Assembly (NCBI GenBank): GCA_964415085.1
Contig: CAYPYI010000001.1
Span: forward strand, 35,757-99,756
DNA: 64,000 nucleotides
From: an uncultured Tissierellaceae bacterium
GTDB taxonomy: Bacteria > Bacillota > Clostridia > Tissierellales > Tissierellaceae
Reading direction: 5' to 3'
The position numbers were made by a program, and so were the translations under genes. Every line of letters starts with the position of its first letter. Position 1 is the stretch's first letter. The notes beneath the pieces were generated by a model. It saw only the letters and a list, made by a program, of their open reading frames with translations. It was not told the origin of the DNA and did no database searches. Positions 8,881-19,839 of this stretch are shown here, in pieces.

Positions 8881-10725
8881 TTACCCCCTAATCGTGTCTA
8901 GTTTTTTGTTTAAAGCTGTAAGCTCTAATATAAGTTCTTCAAAATAAACTAGGTCATTGCCATCTTTTATGTCTTTTTTTTCCCACTTAGCTAGCTCTGA
9001 TATTAATTCATCCCTCTTAACACATAGATTGCTTTGTTCTATTGTTCTTATTAAATCTTTGATGATTGTATCAATTTCTGTAGCCTCATATGGATATTTT
9101 GAATTTAACAAAAGTTCTATATTTTCTTTTAGTGAAGAATCTTCTGTTAAATTAATCAATTCATTTTTATTTATAAAGTCTTTATCTTTATAAATTTCTA
9201 ATATTAATTTATATATTTGCTTGTTCTCATCTGTAAAACTATCTATAGTTAAACTTGAAGAAACAAGTTCAAAACATTCTTTATCTTCCAACATAATTTT
9301 CAAAAGACTTCTTTCAGCTTTTAAAACTCCCTTACCTATTTTACTTATACCCACTTTTGGTTGGGTATACATATTTTCTTTTTCATTGGTATTATACGTT
9401 GGAGGTTTTTTATATACTTTATCATTATAGTAACTTCTTGATGTAATTGCAAACTTTTTTATTTCTTCTTGTATAGCTTTTTTACTAACTGATGTCTCCT
9501 CCGATATCTTATTAATATATACATCTTGCTCTACTGGGCTTTCTAACTGACTTATAAGTTCTGCTACTTCAATAGTAAAATCTATAATATCTTCTGGTTC
9601 ATTAAGATTATATTCTGATTTTATTAATTCTATTTTGTAATCCATATAATTTTTAGAATTTTTTATTTGATTATTAAATTCAACAGGCCCGAAAGCATTC
9701 AAAAAGTCATCTGGATCCTTGCCATCTGGTAAAGCAATAATCCTAGGCTTTATATCTTCTTTTAATAATACATCTATAGCTCTTAATGTAGCCTTTATTC
9801 CTGCCTTATCTCCATCATAACAAATATAAACTTCTTTACCATAGCGTTTTAAAAGTTTAGCTTGTCTTTCTGTCAAACTCGTTCCTAAACTTGCAACAGC
9901 ATAATTAAATCCTGCAAAACTCATTGCAATTACGTCCATATATCCTTCAACCAAAACTATTTTACTTCTATCCGAATGTTTATTCACAAGGTTTATTCCA
10001 TATAAGTTATTTCCCTTATCAAATATTAAACTATCCTTTGAATTTAGGTACTTTGGCATAGTATCATCCATAACTCTGCCTCCAAAACCTATAACTCTAC
10101 CCTTTAAATCAATTATTGGAAACATAACTCTATTTCTAAATCTATCAAAATAACCTGATTTATCATTTCTTTGTATTATTAAACCATTTTCTTCAATGTC
10201 TTTTTCTTTATAGCCATTTTCTATTAAATAATTTAATAATCCATCCCAACTATCAAGGGCAAATCCTAAACCAAACCTATTTATAATATTATTTTGAATA
10301 TTCCTATTATGAAGATACTTAACGACTTCTTGATTATTTATTAAATTAGAATAAAAAAATCTTGCTGCTTGCTTATTCATTTCATAGAATAAGCTTTGTT
10401 TATCTAGCTTTTCTTGATCTACTTGTTTTTCTTCTAAAGTTATATTATATCTATCAGCTAAAAATTTTACTGCATCAACAAACTCTAGATTTTCTTTTTT
10501 CATACAAAATTCAAATATATCTCCACCTTCTCCACAACCAAAACATTTATAAAACTGCTTTTCCTGGTTAACACTAAAAGAAGGAGTTTTTTCACTATGA
10601 AAAGGGCATAATCCCATGTAATTTGATCCTGATTTTTTCAAACTAACATAATCAGATATATAATCTACAATATCACCGGTTTCCCTAATTTGTTCTATTA
10701 TCTCATCATTTATAAACACTGCCAT
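8881..10725 (-). CDS. dnaG: DNA primase
   Basis: Zinc finger [11 protein letters not shown]...[14 protein letters not shown] motifs EGYMDV and DGDKAG. 614 aa, directly upstream of sigA. Confidence 0.95.
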   Translation of the reverse strand: MAVFINDEIIEQIRETGDIVDYISDYVSLKKSGSNYMGLCPFHSEKTPSFSVNQEKQFYKCFGCGEGGDIFEFCMKKENLEFVDAVKFLADRYNITLEEKQVDQEKLDKQSLFYEMNKQAARFFYSNLINNQEVVKYLHNRNIQNNIINRFGLGFALDSWDGLLNYLIENGYKEKDIEENGLIIQRNDKSGYFDRFRNRVMFPIIDLKGRVIGFGGRVMDDTMPKYLNSKDSLIFDKGNNLYGINLVNKHSDRSKIVLVEGYMDVIAMSFAGFNYAVASLGTSLTERQAKLLKRYGKEVYICYDGDKAGIKATLRAIDVLLKEDIKPRIIALPDGKDPDDFLNAFGPVEFNNQIKNSKNYMDYKIELIKSEYNLNEPEDIIDFTIEVAELISQLESPVEQDVYINKISEETSVSKKAIQEEIKKFAITSRSYYNDKVYKKPPTYNTNEKENMYTQPKVGISKIGKGVLKAERSLLKIMLEDKECFELVSSSLTIDSFTDENKQIYKLILEIYKDKDFINKNELINLTEDSSLKENIELLLNSKYPYEATEIDTIIKDLIRTIEQSNLCVKRDELISELAKWEKKDIKDGNDLVYFEELILELTALNKKLDTIRG

Positions 10726-10752
10726 ATAATCACCTTATTTCAATAATATAAG

Positions 10753-11775
10753 TTAATCCTTTATCTTCCATGCTTTTGGTAAAAATATATCTGAAAAAAC
10801 ACTTAATACATATCTATCTGTCATGCCAGCAATATAATCACAAATTCTATTTTCTACTGGATCATCTTCCAAACCTTCATAAGGATATTTGTATTCATTA
10901 GGAAGTAAATCTATATTTTTAATATAATGATTATAAATCTCTGTAATTATATATTCAACCTTTTCTTCTTCTGACTTTGCAATGCTATCAATATAGACAT
11001 GTTCAAACATAAATTTTCTAAGTTTATTTGTCTTTGAGTCAACAATTTCACTCATTTTTATCTCGTTTTCGTCATAACTATTGTCTATTATATCTTTTAT
11101 CATAGTATCTATTCTTTTTCCATGGCTATTACCTAGTACCTGAATACAATCTTTAGGCAAGTCATCTTCACATATAATTTTTGCTCTCAAAGCATCATCT
11201 ATATCATGATTAATATACGCAATTCTATCAGCTAGCCTAACTACCTGACCCTCTAGAGTTTCACTCATATTTTTTCCAGAGTGATTTATTATACCTTCTA
11301 TAACTTCTTGTGTCAAATTAAGTCTTTTGCCACCATCTCTATGCTCAATATATTTAATAATTCTTCCACTTTGTTCATTATGTTTAAATCCATAAGGGTT
11401 TAAATTATTTAAAACTCTTTCACCTGAATGTCCGAATGGGGTGTGACCTAAATCATGTCCTAAAGCAATAGCTTCGACTAAATCTTCATTCAACAACAAA
11501 GCCCTTGCTAATGTTCTAGCTATTTGTGAGACTTCCAATGTATGAGTAAGTCTTGTTCTAAAATGATCTCCCTCTGGTGCTATAAATACCTGTGTCTTGT
11601 GTTTTAATCGTCTAAAGGATTTAGAATGAATTATCCTGTCTCTATCTCTTTCAAATTCTGTTCTTATATCACATTTATCTTCAAATATTACCCTACCCTT
11701 TGAATCCTTACTTAATACAGCATATCTAGATAAAAGTTGTTCTTCTAAAGCTTCTTTTTTTAACCTTATCTTCAT
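10753..11775 (-). CDS. dGTP triphosphohydrolase-like HD-domain protein
   Basis: RTRLTHTLEVSQIAR...GHDLGHTPFGH HD motif. Start set at the ATG at 11775 (MKIRLKKE) with an AGAGG SD; the track's 27-aa extension is hydrophobic and low-complexity. Confidence 0.85.
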   Translation of the reverse strand: MKIRLKKEALEEQLLSRYAVLSKDSKGRVIFEDKCDIRTEFERDRDRIIHSKSFRRLKHKTQVFIAPEGDHFRTRLTHTLEVSQIARTLARALLLNEDLVEAIALGHDLGHTPFGHSGERVLNNLNPYGFKHNEQSGRIIKYIEHRDGGKRLNLTQEVIEGIINHSGKNMSETLEGQVVRLADRIAYINHDIDDALRAKIICEDDLPKDCIQVLGNSHGKRIDTMIKDIIDNSYDENEIKMSEIVDSKTNKLRKFMFEHVYIDSIAKSEEEKVEYIITEIYNHYIKNIDLLPNEYKYPYEGLEDDPVENRICDYIAGMTDRYVLSVFSDIFLPKAWKIKD

Positions 11776-11858
11776 AATATACCTCTTTTCTATAATAAAA
11801 TAAGTAGTTGTAAATACATGTATTATAGCACAAAAATAATAGAAGTGTAAAAACACTT

Positions 11859-12689
11859 CTATCTAAATCTGTCATCTCCAAAGTTATCAATCATATAATC
11901 TATAATTATTCCCGCTGTCTCCTCTATAGCACTATTTGATACATCTATAACCATACATCCTAATTCTTCCATTATTTTTCTAGAATATTCTAGTTCCATT
12001 GCAATTCTATTTATATTAGCATAAGTTGCTGAAAAATCAAGTCCTAGAGACTTTAGTCTTTCCTGCCTAATCTCATTCAATTTAATGGGAGCTGCTACAA
12101 GACCTATTACTCTTTTTTTATCTTTTTCAAACAATTCAGCTGGTGGTGGTACCTCTGGAACAAGTGGTACATTTGCCACTTTATAGTTTTTATGTGCCAA
12201 ATACATAGAAAGTGGAGTTTTAGAAGTTCTTGAAACTCCTACAAGACATATATCAGCTTTTACAATACCACGAGGATCTTTTCCATCATCATACTTAACA
12301 GCAAACTCAACAGCCTCAACCTTGTTAAAGTACTGTTCATCAAGTCTTCTTATTATTCCTGATTCTCTTTTAGGTGGATATCCTAATAGGTCTTCTAATG
12401 CAAGAAGTGGTGGTGTCATAACATCAACAGTAGGTATATTATATTTTTTTCCTTCTGATATTATAAATTCTCTTGTATCTTCTGATACCGTTGTATATAT
12501 AATTATACTTAAACCATTCAAAGCATCATTAAATATTTCTTGAATTTCCTGTTTTTCAGTTACATATGGATATCTTCTAATTTCATATTTTTCAGGAACA
12601 AACTGTCTTACAGCAGCTCTTGCAATTAATTCTCCAGTTTCTCCTATTGAATCCGATATAACGTATAAGGTTAACATATTTTCTCTCAT
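11859..12689 (-). CDS. Pyruvate, phosphate dikinase regulatory protein (DUF299 kinase/pyrophosphorylase, YqfL family)
   Basis: 276 aa with P-loop LVGVSRTSKTPLS. Paired with ccpN as in B. subtilis. SD AGGAGGG. Confidence 0.85.
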   Translation of the reverse strand: MRENMLTLYVISDSIGETGELIARAAVRQFVPEKYEIRRYPYVTEKQEIQEIFNDALNGLSIIIYTTVSEDTREFIISEGKKYNIPTVDVMTPPLLALEDLLGYPPKRESGIIRRLDEQYFNKVEAVEFAVKYDDGKDPRGIVKADICLVGVSRTSKTPLSMYLAHKNYKVANVPLVPEVPPPAELFEKDKKRVIGLVAAPIKLNEIRQERLKSLGLDFSATYANINRIAMELEYSRKIMEELGCMVIDVSNSAIEETAGIIIDYMIDNFGDDRFR

Positions 12690-12699
12690 ATATTCCCTC

Positions 12700-13338
12700 C
12701 TATTCTTCTTCGCCTAAATCTACAAATATTCTAGTTACTGTTGTTTTTGTTATTCGACCAATAACCTTATATAGTTGCTTATCCTCATCTATTATTTCCA
12801 CTAATGGCAAGCTGTCTATCTGATGATTTATTAACTTCCTAGCTGCGCTCAAAAGCGTATCTCCTTTTTGAGCCATTACTATATTAGGCATACGAGTCAT
12901 AATTATAGCAACAGGAGCTTGCTTTAAGTCAGCTCCTCCCATTGCATATTTTATTATATCTTTTCTAGAAATAACTCCAGTTAAATAACCATCACTAGTT
13001 ATATAAATACTACCAACATCTTCAAGAAACATAAATACTATAGCATCATATATTGAAGTTTCTTCACCAAGTATAACGGGTATACTTTTCACTTCTTCAA
13101 CTAATATGCTACATATTTCATCAGAGACGTAAGTAAGTCTGGTTCTTCCAGTATAAAAATATCCAACTCTTGGCCTTGCATCTAATATTCCAGCCATAGT
13201 TAATACAGATAAGTCAGGTCTTATAGTTGATCTAGTAAGATTTAATTTACTTGCAATATTCTTACTCGTTATTGGTTGATTATTCTTTACTATATCGATA
13301 ATATGTTTTTGTCTTTCATTAAGTTCGATAATAATCAC
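12700..13338 (-). CDS. ccpN: CcpN-type transcriptional repressor (HTH plus tandem CBS domains)
   Basis: 212 aa. N-terminus ELNERQKHIIDIVKNNQPITSKNIASKLNLTRSTIRPDLSVLTMAG parallels B. subtilis CcpN. CBS pair in the C-terminal half; ccpN-yqfL synteny. The exact start codon is uncertain (GTG at 13338 sits inside the SD-like AGGGGTGA). Confidence 0.78.
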   Translation of the reverse strand: MIIIELNERQKHIIDIVKNNQPITSKNIASKLNLTRSTIRPDLSVLTMAGILDARPRVGYFYTGRTRLTYVSDEICSILVEEVKSIPVILGEETSIYDAIVFMFLEDVGSIYITSDGYLTGVISRKDIIKYAMGGADLKQAPVAIIMTRMPNIVMAQKGDTLLSAARKLINHQIDSLPLVEIIDEDKQLYKVIGRITKTTVTRIFVDLGEEE

Positions 13339-13345
13339 CCCTAAA

Positions 13346-15418
13346 TTATTTAACTATTTGAGATAAATCACATACCTTAATCATTGTATTGTATATCTTT
13401 CTTAACAGTCCTAGTCTATTTTCTTTTAATTTCTCATCTTCTACCATAACCATAACATTATTAAAGAAATTATCAATAGGTTTTTTTAGTGTTGCAAATA
13501 AGTCTAAAGCATCATCATAGTCCCTTTTCTTTATTAACTTTAAGACATCTTCTTCTATTTCATTATAAGAATCATACAAGTCAGTCTCATACTCATTCAT
13601 TAAATCTCTATATACTTCATCATTTTCTGATTTAACTGCTAAGCTTGCAACTCTATTGAAACCTTCTAAAACTTCATTTATTCCATCTTTTTTAATCCAT
13701 TCATTTAATTTATCTATTCTTATTTTAATATCAAATAAATCATCTGAATCTATTTTTAATACTGCATCTATTACATCATATCTAATGCCTTCATCTAAGA
13801 ACATATTTTTTGCTCTTCCAAGTAAGAATTCTTTTATTTCTTCTTTTACTTTATTATAATCAAATGCAAGCCCTGCATCATCAACATATATATATAATGA
13901 AAAGTCTATTAATTCATCTAATGATAAATGTAATTTTCTATCCAATATTATATTAATTATGCCTATAGCACTTCTTCTTAATGCAAATGGATCTTGAGAA
14001 CCTGTTGGGTGTATTCCAATTGCAAAAAGTCCTGCTATACTATCTAGCTTATCTGATATTCCAAGTATTGCTCCTGCAGTCGTTTGTGGTAATTGATCTC
14101 CTGAGAATCTTGGTAAGTATTGTTCATAAATTGCTTGACTTACTATATCATCTTCTCCTGCTATTTTAGCATACTCCATACCAATTTTACCTTGTAACTC
14201 TGTAAACTCAACTACCATTTTAGTTGTTAAATCAGCTTTTGAAAGATAAGCCGCTCTTAAAACGTCATTTGTAGTTTCTTCTCCAACCTCAAGATATTCA
14301 CAAATTTTTTCTGATAATTTTTGAATCCTTACAGTTTTATCATAAATTGTTCCTAACTTTTCTTGGAAAGTTATATTTTTTAAATTTTCAACATAGTCTT
14401 CTAAAGGTATACTTATATCATCCTCAAAGAAAAATTTAGCATCTTCTAGCCTTGCCCCTAATACTTTTTCATTACCTTTTACTACTGTTTCTAAGTGCTG
14501 ATCATCACCATTTCTAACAGTAATAAAGTAAGGAAGTAGTCTATCCTTATCATCAAAAACAGGGAAGTATCTTAGATGTTCTTTCATAGGAGTAATTATT
14601 ACATCATCTGGTAATTTTAAGTATTCATCCTTTATTCTTCCTATAATAGGAGTAGGATATTCTACTAAGTTTGTAACCTCATCTAGTAAGGCTTCATCTT
14701 CTCCTATATTTCCACCTTTTGATCTTGCAAGTCTACTTGACTCATAAAGTATAGTTTCTTTTCTTTCTTCACTATCTAATATTACAAAATTTTCTCTTAA
14801 TTTTTCTTCATAATCATTCGCAGTTACAACTATATTTTTCTCACCTAAAAATCTATGACCATTTGTTTCATTTGATACTTTTATTCCTTCAAATTCGAAA
14901 TCTAATATTTCTTCATCTAATACAGAAACTATCCATCTTATTGGTCTTATAAATCGTAAATCCTTACCTCCCCATTTCATTGATTCTGGGAACCTTATTG
15001 ACTTAATTAATGATGAAAGATTTTCTTTTAATACTTCGTCTATAGTTTTACCTTTTTTATATACTTGAGCAAAAACATATTCTTCATCTTTTATGTCCTT
15101 TAATACTATATTCTCTAAAGTTACATTTTGTCCTCTCATAAATCCTTCTAAAGCTTTAGTTGGATTGTTATCTTCATCAAATGCAATTCTCTTTGAAGGT
15201 CCTCTAACCTCTAATTCTTCATCTTTTTGTTTCTCAGATAAACCACTTATTATAGTTGTTAATCTTCTTGGAGTTGAGTATACTTTAATATCTTCATATT
15301 CTATTTTTTCTTCTTTTAAAAGATTTCTAAATTTATTTTCTATTTGATCTAATGCATTCTTTACATATCTTGCAGGTATTTCTTCAGATCCAATTTCTAA
15401 TAAATATTTCTTACTCAT
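13346..15418 (-). CDS. glyS: Glycine--tRNA ligase beta subunit
   Basis: 690 aa with full-length GlyS-like sequence. Overlaps the glyQ stop by 8 nt. Confidence 0.95.
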   Translation of the reverse strand: MSKKYLLEIGSEEIPARYVKNALDQIENKFRNLLKEEKIEYEDIKVYSTPRRLTTIISGLSEKQKDEELEVRGPSKRIAFDEDNNPTKALEGFMRGQNVTLENIVLKDIKDEEYVFAQVYKKGKTIDEVLKENLSSLIKSIRFPESMKWGGKDLRFIRPIRWIVSVLDEEILDFEFEGIKVSNETNGHRFLGEKNIVVTANDYEEKLRENFVILDSEERKETILYESSRLARSKGGNIGEDEALLDEVTNLVEYPTPIIGRIKDEYLKLPDDVIITPMKEHLRYFPVFDDKDRLLPYFITVRNGDDQHLETVVKGNEKVLGARLEDAKFFFEDDISIPLEDYVENLKNITFQEKLGTIYDKTVRIQKLSEKICEYLEVGEETTNDVLRAAYLSKADLTTKMVVEFTELQGKIGMEYAKIAGEDDIVSQAIYEQYLPRFSGDQLPQTTAGAILGISDKLDSIAGLFAIGIHPTGSQDPFALRRSAIGIINIILDRKLHLSLDELIDFSLYIYVDDAGLAFDYNKVKEEIKEFLLGRAKNMFLDEGIRYDVIDAVLKIDSDDLFDIKIRIDKLNEWIKKDGINEVLEGFNRVASLAVKSENDEVYRDLMNEYETDLYDSYNEIEEDVLKLIKKRDYDDALDLFATLKKPIDNFFNNVMVMVEDEKLKENRLGLLRKIYNTMIKVCDLSQIVK

Positions 15419-16304
15419 TTATTTCTTCCTCCTTATTTTCCTTTAATAAAGGAAATCCCATCTTTTCTCTTTGAGTTAAATAAGCATGTGCTATCTCTCT
15501 AGCTAAGCTTCTAACTCTTGCCATATTAGCTGTTCTTTCAGATACTGACATTGCGCCTCTAGCATCAAGAACATTGAAAACATGAGAACTTTTTAATACA
15601 TAATCATAACTTGGATATACTAAGCCTTCTTCTATACCTCTTTTAGCTTCCCTTTCATATATATTAAATAATTCTTTTAATGTATCTATATCTGCTTTTT
15701 CAAAACTATAAACTGAATGCTCATATTCTGGTTGACCAAATATATCTTTATAAGTAATGTGATCATTCCATTTAATATCAAAAATATTATCTACATCTTG
15801 TAAATACATAGCAATTCTTTCAAGTCCATAGGTAATTTCTACGGATTCTAAATCACAATCTATACTTCCTACTTGTTGGAAATAAGTAAACTGTGTTATT
15901 TCCATACCATCTAACCAAACTTCCCATCCTAAGCCCCATGCTCCTAAAGTTGGTGCTTCCCAGTTATCTTCTACAAATCTGATATCATGCTCTAGTGGAT
16001 TTATTCCTATAGCTCTTAAACTATCTAAGTATAAATCTTGTATATTATCTACTGATGGTTTCATGATTACTTGTAATTGATGATGTTGGTAAACTCTATT
16101 TGGGTTTTCTCCATATCTACCATCTGCTGGCCTTCTTGAAGGCTCAACATACACTACCTTCCATGGTTCTGGTCCTATAGCCTTTAAAAAAGTATGAGGA
16201 CTCATTGTTCCTGCTCCTACTTCTACATCATATGGTTCCATAATTAAACAATCTTGTTCTCCCCAATAATTAAGCAGTTTAAGCATTAAATCCTGAAAAT
16301 ACAT
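15411..16304 (-). CDS. glyQ: Glycine--tRNA ligase alpha subunit
   Basis: 297 aa, highly conserved GlyQ sequence ([12 protein letters not shown]...[10 protein letters not shown]). Confidence 0.96.
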   Translation of the reverse strand: MYFQDLMLKLLNYWGEQDCLIMEPYDVEVGAGTMSPHTFLKAIGPEPWKVVYVEPSRRPADGRYGENPNRVYQHHQLQVIMKPSVDNIQDLYLDSLRAIGINPLEHDIRFVEDNWEAPTLGAWGLGWEVWLDGMEITQFTYFQQVGSIDCDLESVEITYGLERIAMYLQDVDNIFDIKWNDHITYKDIFGQPEYEHSVYSFEKADIDTLKELFNIYEREAKRGIEEGLVYPSYDYVLKSSHVFNVLDARGAMSVSERTANMARVRSLAREIAHAYLTQREKMGFPLLKENKEEEINE

Positions 16305-16334
16305 AAAATAACCTCCTAATATTTAAAAATAAAT

Positions 16335-16555
16335 ACAAAAATACCCTCATCCCATATAGGGACGAAGGTTACACTCCGCGGTTCCACCCTATTTAACACT
16401 TATAAGTAAGTGTTCTCTTAAGTAAAATACACTCAGAAGCTCCTTTCTTCTTATCACTATACTTGTTTTCACCAACCACAAGCTCTCTAAAATAGTATTT
16501 AAGCTTACTTCTTCTTCGTCATCGTGCATGAAAATCTTAAGTTTCATTCTTTATT
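16335..16555 (-). promoter_or_regulatory. T-box riboswitch leader (glycine specifier) of glyQS
   Basis: - T-box motif AAATAGGGTGGAACCGCG (complement of 16377-16394).
- Specifier context GAAA-GGA-G (GGA is the complement of 16441-16443).
- AGAGA K-turn region.
- Terminator CCTTCGTCCC / GGGATGAGGG followed by a T-run (16335-16368).
- Candidate promoter TTGACA (complement of 16579-16584), N17, TATCTT. Confidence 0.88.
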
Positions 16556-16586
16556 AAGATAGCAAAAAACAGTAAATTTGTCAATC

Positions 16587-17333
16587 TTAATCATTAATTA
16601 TTGTTTTAAGCATTTCCAAAGAATCAAAACTCGTTCTATCTATAGAATATAGTATATACTTTTCTAACAAATCTTGCAATTTAATTAAATCTTTTTTCTC
16701 AATAATTATATTATCTAACTCATCTAATTTAGAATACATTAATTTATTTAAATTGATTATATCATCACTGCTAATATTAATACTTTTTCTATCAACATCT
16801 AAACAATTCTGACAAATAACACCACCAGTAGAAATACTAAACTTAGCTAATTGAATTTCTTTACTATTGCAATTACTACAACTTATTAAACTAGGTCTAT
16901 ATCCTAGAAAAGATATAAACTTTAATTCAAATGCTATTAAAAACTTTAAAAATCCTTCTTTCATTTCAGATAAAACTGATAATGTTTTTTCTAATAAATA
17001 AAATAAGTTTTCATTTACCTCTTCTTCTGGTACTGATTTATTAACAAGCTCCAAAATAAAGAATCCATAAATTAATCTTTCTATTTGTTCTCTTATATTG
17101 TAAAAAGAATTTATTATACTAGCTTCATTAATATAATACCAACTTCTACCTTTGTATATTTCATATTCACAATATGAAAAAGGTTGAGTTTGTGCTATTA
17201 TTTTTGACTTTGGTCTATAAGCACCCTTTGCCATAATATTTATCTTGCCCAACTCTAAGGTGTAGATATTTAAAATTTTACTAGTTTCTTGAAATCTAAT
17301 TTCATTTAAAACTATACCTTTAGCTTGTACCAT
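16587..17333 (-). CDS. recO: DNA repair protein RecO
   Basis: 248 aa with an N-terminal OB-fold region and a Cys4 cluster CSNCNS...CQNC. Synteny after era. Confidence 0.9.
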   Translation of the reverse strand: MVQAKGIVLNEIRFQETSKILNIYTLELGKINIMAKGAYRPKSKIIAQTQPFSYCEYEIYKGRSWYYINEASIINSFYNIREQIERLIYGFFILELVNKSVPEEEVNENLFYLLEKTLSVLSEMKEGFLKFLIAFELKFISFLGYRPSLISCSNCNSKEIQLAKFSISTGGVICQNCLDVDRKSINISSDDIINLNKLMYSKLDELDNIIIEKKDLIKLQDLLEKYILYSIDRTSFDSLEMLKTIIND

Positions 17334-17348
17334 ATTGTCTCCAATCTG

Positions 17349-18233
17349 TTATATATAACCAAATCTTTCTACTTGGCTTTGTTTTTCTCTCCAATTCTTT
17401 TCTACTTTAACCCATAACTGAAGGTTTACTTTTGTTCCCAACAGGTTTTCTATATCTTTTCTTGCTTCAGTCCCTATCTTCTTAAGCATTTGTCCATTCT
17501 TACCAATGATTATACCTTTTTGAGATTTTCTTTCACAGTATATTGTTGCATGTACATCTATTAATTCCTTATCTTTCCTTGCTTTAACCTCTTCAGTTCC
17601 TACAAATATACCATGTGGTACTTCTTCTTCTAAGTTTTCTAAAGCTTTTTCTCTTATTATTTCTGATATTATAAATCTCTCTGGTTGATCTGTTATCATA
17701 TCATCCGGAAAGTATTGTGGTCCTTCTGGTAGAAGTTTTTCCACTGCTTTTATATATACATCAATATTTTTACTATTTATTGCAGATATTGGAATAATTT
17801 CCTCAAATAAATTCATGCTGCTATATTTTAATATAAGCTCATTAATTTCATCATCATTTAATAAGTCTATTTTATTTATAACTAGAATAATTGGAGTAGA
17901 TAAATCTTTTAATATATCTAATATATAAGTTTCTAGTTTGCCTATTTCCTTACTTTCATCTATTATAAAAGTTACAATGTCTACCTCTTCTAATGTACTT
18001 TTAGATACCTTTAACATATACTCACCTAATTTGTTTTTAGGCATTTGAATACCTGGTGTATCTAAAAATACTATTTGGAAGTCATCTTCTGTATATACTA
18101 ACTGTATCTTATTTCTTGTAGTTTGCGGTCTATCAGATATTATTGATATTTTTTCACCTATTACTTGATTTAACAATGTTGATTTACCAACATTTGGTCT
18201 TCCTATTACGCTTACAAATCCTGATTTATACAT
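17349..18233 (-). CDS. era: GTPase Era
   Basis: G1 GRPNVGKST, G3 DTPG and G4 NKID motifs; C-terminal KH domain. Confidence 0.96.
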   Translation of the reverse strand: MYKSGFVSVIGRPNVGKSTLLNQVIGEKISIISDRPQTTRNKIQLVYTEDDFQIVFLDTPGIQMPKNKLGEYMLKVSKSTLEEVDIVTFIIDESKEIGKLETYILDILKDLSTPIILVINKIDLLNDDEINELILKYSSMNLFEEIIPISAINSKNIDVYIKAVEKLLPEGPQYFPDDMITDQPERFIISEIIREKALENLEEEVPHGIFVGTEEVKARKDKELIDVHATIYCERKSQKGIIIGKNGQMLKKIGTEARKDIENLLGTKVNLQLWVKVEKNWREKQSQVERFGYI

Positions 18234-18636
18234 TTAATTCCTCCTTATTTAAATCTTTAGGACCAAATCCATGAGGAAATAGTTCTTCTAATTTATATTC
18301 TTTGTAATCATTAATACTATTAGCAATAATGATTACCGTATCATTTTCAAATTCTTTAATAACTTGTCTACAAACCCCACAAGGATAAGTATACTCGCTG
18401 CTGCCTATTATTGCAATTTTTAATATCTTCCTATTACCTTCAGATACGCCTTTAAATATAGCTGTCCTTTCAGCACATACTGTCGGACTATAGCTTGCAT
18501 TTTCAATATTGCATCCTGAATATATTTGACCATCTTCCATAAGTACACTAGCACCTACTTTAAACTTAGAATATGGTGAATAGGATTTCTGCCTTGCAGA
18601 TATTGCTTTTTTGATTAAAACTTTATTTTCATCCAT
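18226..18636 (-). CDS. cdd: Cytidine deaminase
   Basis: 136 aa with zinc motifs CAERTA and PCGVCRQ. Confidence 0.92.
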   Translation of the reverse strand: MDENKVLIKKAISARQKSYSPYSKFKVGASVLMEDGQIYSGCNIENASYSPTVCAERTAIFKGVSEGNRKILKIAIIGSSEYTYPCGVCRQVIKEFENDTVIIIANSINDYKEYKLEELFPHGFGPKDLNKEELNV

Positions 18637-18652
18637 AATTATCCTCCTACAA

Positions 18653-19375
18653 TTACCCTACTAATTGGAAAACTAAAATACCTACTATAATCCCGAGAAT
18701 TGACCCTAATATAACTTGTATAGGTGTATGAATCTTCCCTTCTATCCTACTTTCGGCTACTAACAATGCTAGAAAAAAACTTAAAGTTATAACCATCATA
18801 TTCTCTGATAAAAAAGCAATTATTGTAGCTATACAAAATGATACTGAACTGTGACCACTAACAGCACCGCCTTGAAAATGTGTTCCTCCTGATTTATAAA
18901 AATATGCTTTTAAAACTATAGTTAAAAGTACCACTAGAAACAAAGCTATTATTGTCATATGAATAGGAGATTGCTTAATTTTTAATAAGGCTATCTCAGC
19001 AAAATTATTTAATCTATCGAAGAATAATAAATATGCAACTACTAATGAATTCACAGCTGATATTAATACAGCACCAGCGGCAACATCCTTAGCAACCTTG
19101 GCATAGGGATGATATTCTTTTGTAATCATGTCTATAGTTAATTCTATAGCAGTATTTATAAGTTCTGTAATTAACACAAGTGATATAGCAAAAACTAATA
19201 ATAAAAATTCTGTTCTAGAAAAATTAAAAAATAAACTTGCTATCAAAACAAGAATAGCTACAGCATAGTGTATTTTCATATTTCTTTCTCTCTTTACAGA
19301 TGAAATAATACCATTTACTGCAAAGTTAAAGCTGTCTATTAGATTTTGTACAAATCCTTCAGAATACTTTCTCAT
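18653..19375 (-). CDS. dgkA: DgkA-family lipid kinase (undecaprenol/diacylglycerol kinase) fused to a truncated PAP2-like phosphatase module
   Basis: The N-terminal ~125 aa are DAGK_prokar-like (NMKIHYAVA..., ELINTAIE, AKDVAAGAVL). The C-terminal ~110 aa add three TM helices with PAP2 motifs SGHS and SRIEGKIHTPIQ (SRx5Hx3[D/Q]). No KxxxxxxRP motif was seen. Confidence 0.8.
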   Translation of the reverse strand: MRKYSEGFVQNLIDSFNFAVNGIISSVKRERNMKIHYAVAILVLIASLFFNFSRTEFLLLVFAISLVLITELINTAIELTIDMITKEYHPYAKVAKDVAAGAVLISAVNSLVVAYLLFFDRLNNFAEIALLKIKQSPIHMTIIALFLVVLLTIVLKAYFYKSGGTHFQGGAVSGHSSVSFCIATIIAFLSENMMVITLSFFLALLVAESRIEGKIHTPIQVILGSILGIIVGILVFQLVG

Positions 19376-19376
19376 A

Positions 19377-19838
19377 TTATTCTCCTTTAAAGTCTCTTGA
19401 TATACCTAATCTTTTAAGAACTATTTCTTCTTTAGATCTCATAATTAACTTTTCTTCATCATTCATATGATCATATCCCATAAGGTGAAACATGCTATGG
19501 GTAACTAAATAAAGGATTTCTCTTTCTATACTATGATTAAATTCATCTGCCTGTCTACTTGCAGTATCTGTTGATATTATTATATCACCTAATATTTTCT
19601 CTGGCATATCAAATTCTAATTCCATAGGAAAGGATAATACATCTGTAGGTCTATCTACATTTCTATAGTCTCTATTAAGTTGATGTATTTCTTCATCAGT
19701 TACGAAAGAAATAGACACTTCACTCTCTATATCTTCTTTTTCCATATTTAATGCTTCTTTTATAACTTTTTTTATTTCATCTACTAATAAATCTGATATA
19801 TCTAATAAATCCTGTCTGTCATCCATAAAAATATTCAT
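19377..19838 (-). CDS. ybeY: rRNA maturation endoribonuclease YbeY
   Basis: HSMFHLMGYDH zinc motif; 153 aa. Confidence 0.92.
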   Translation of the reverse strand: MNIFMDDRQDLLDISDLLVDEIKKVIKEALNMEKEDIESEVSISFVTDEEIHQLNRDYRNVDRPTDVLSFPMELEFDMPEKILGDIIISTDTASRQADEFNHSIEREILYLVTHSMFHLMGYDHMNDEEKLIMRSKEEIVLKRLGISRDFKGE

Positions 19839-19839
19839 C

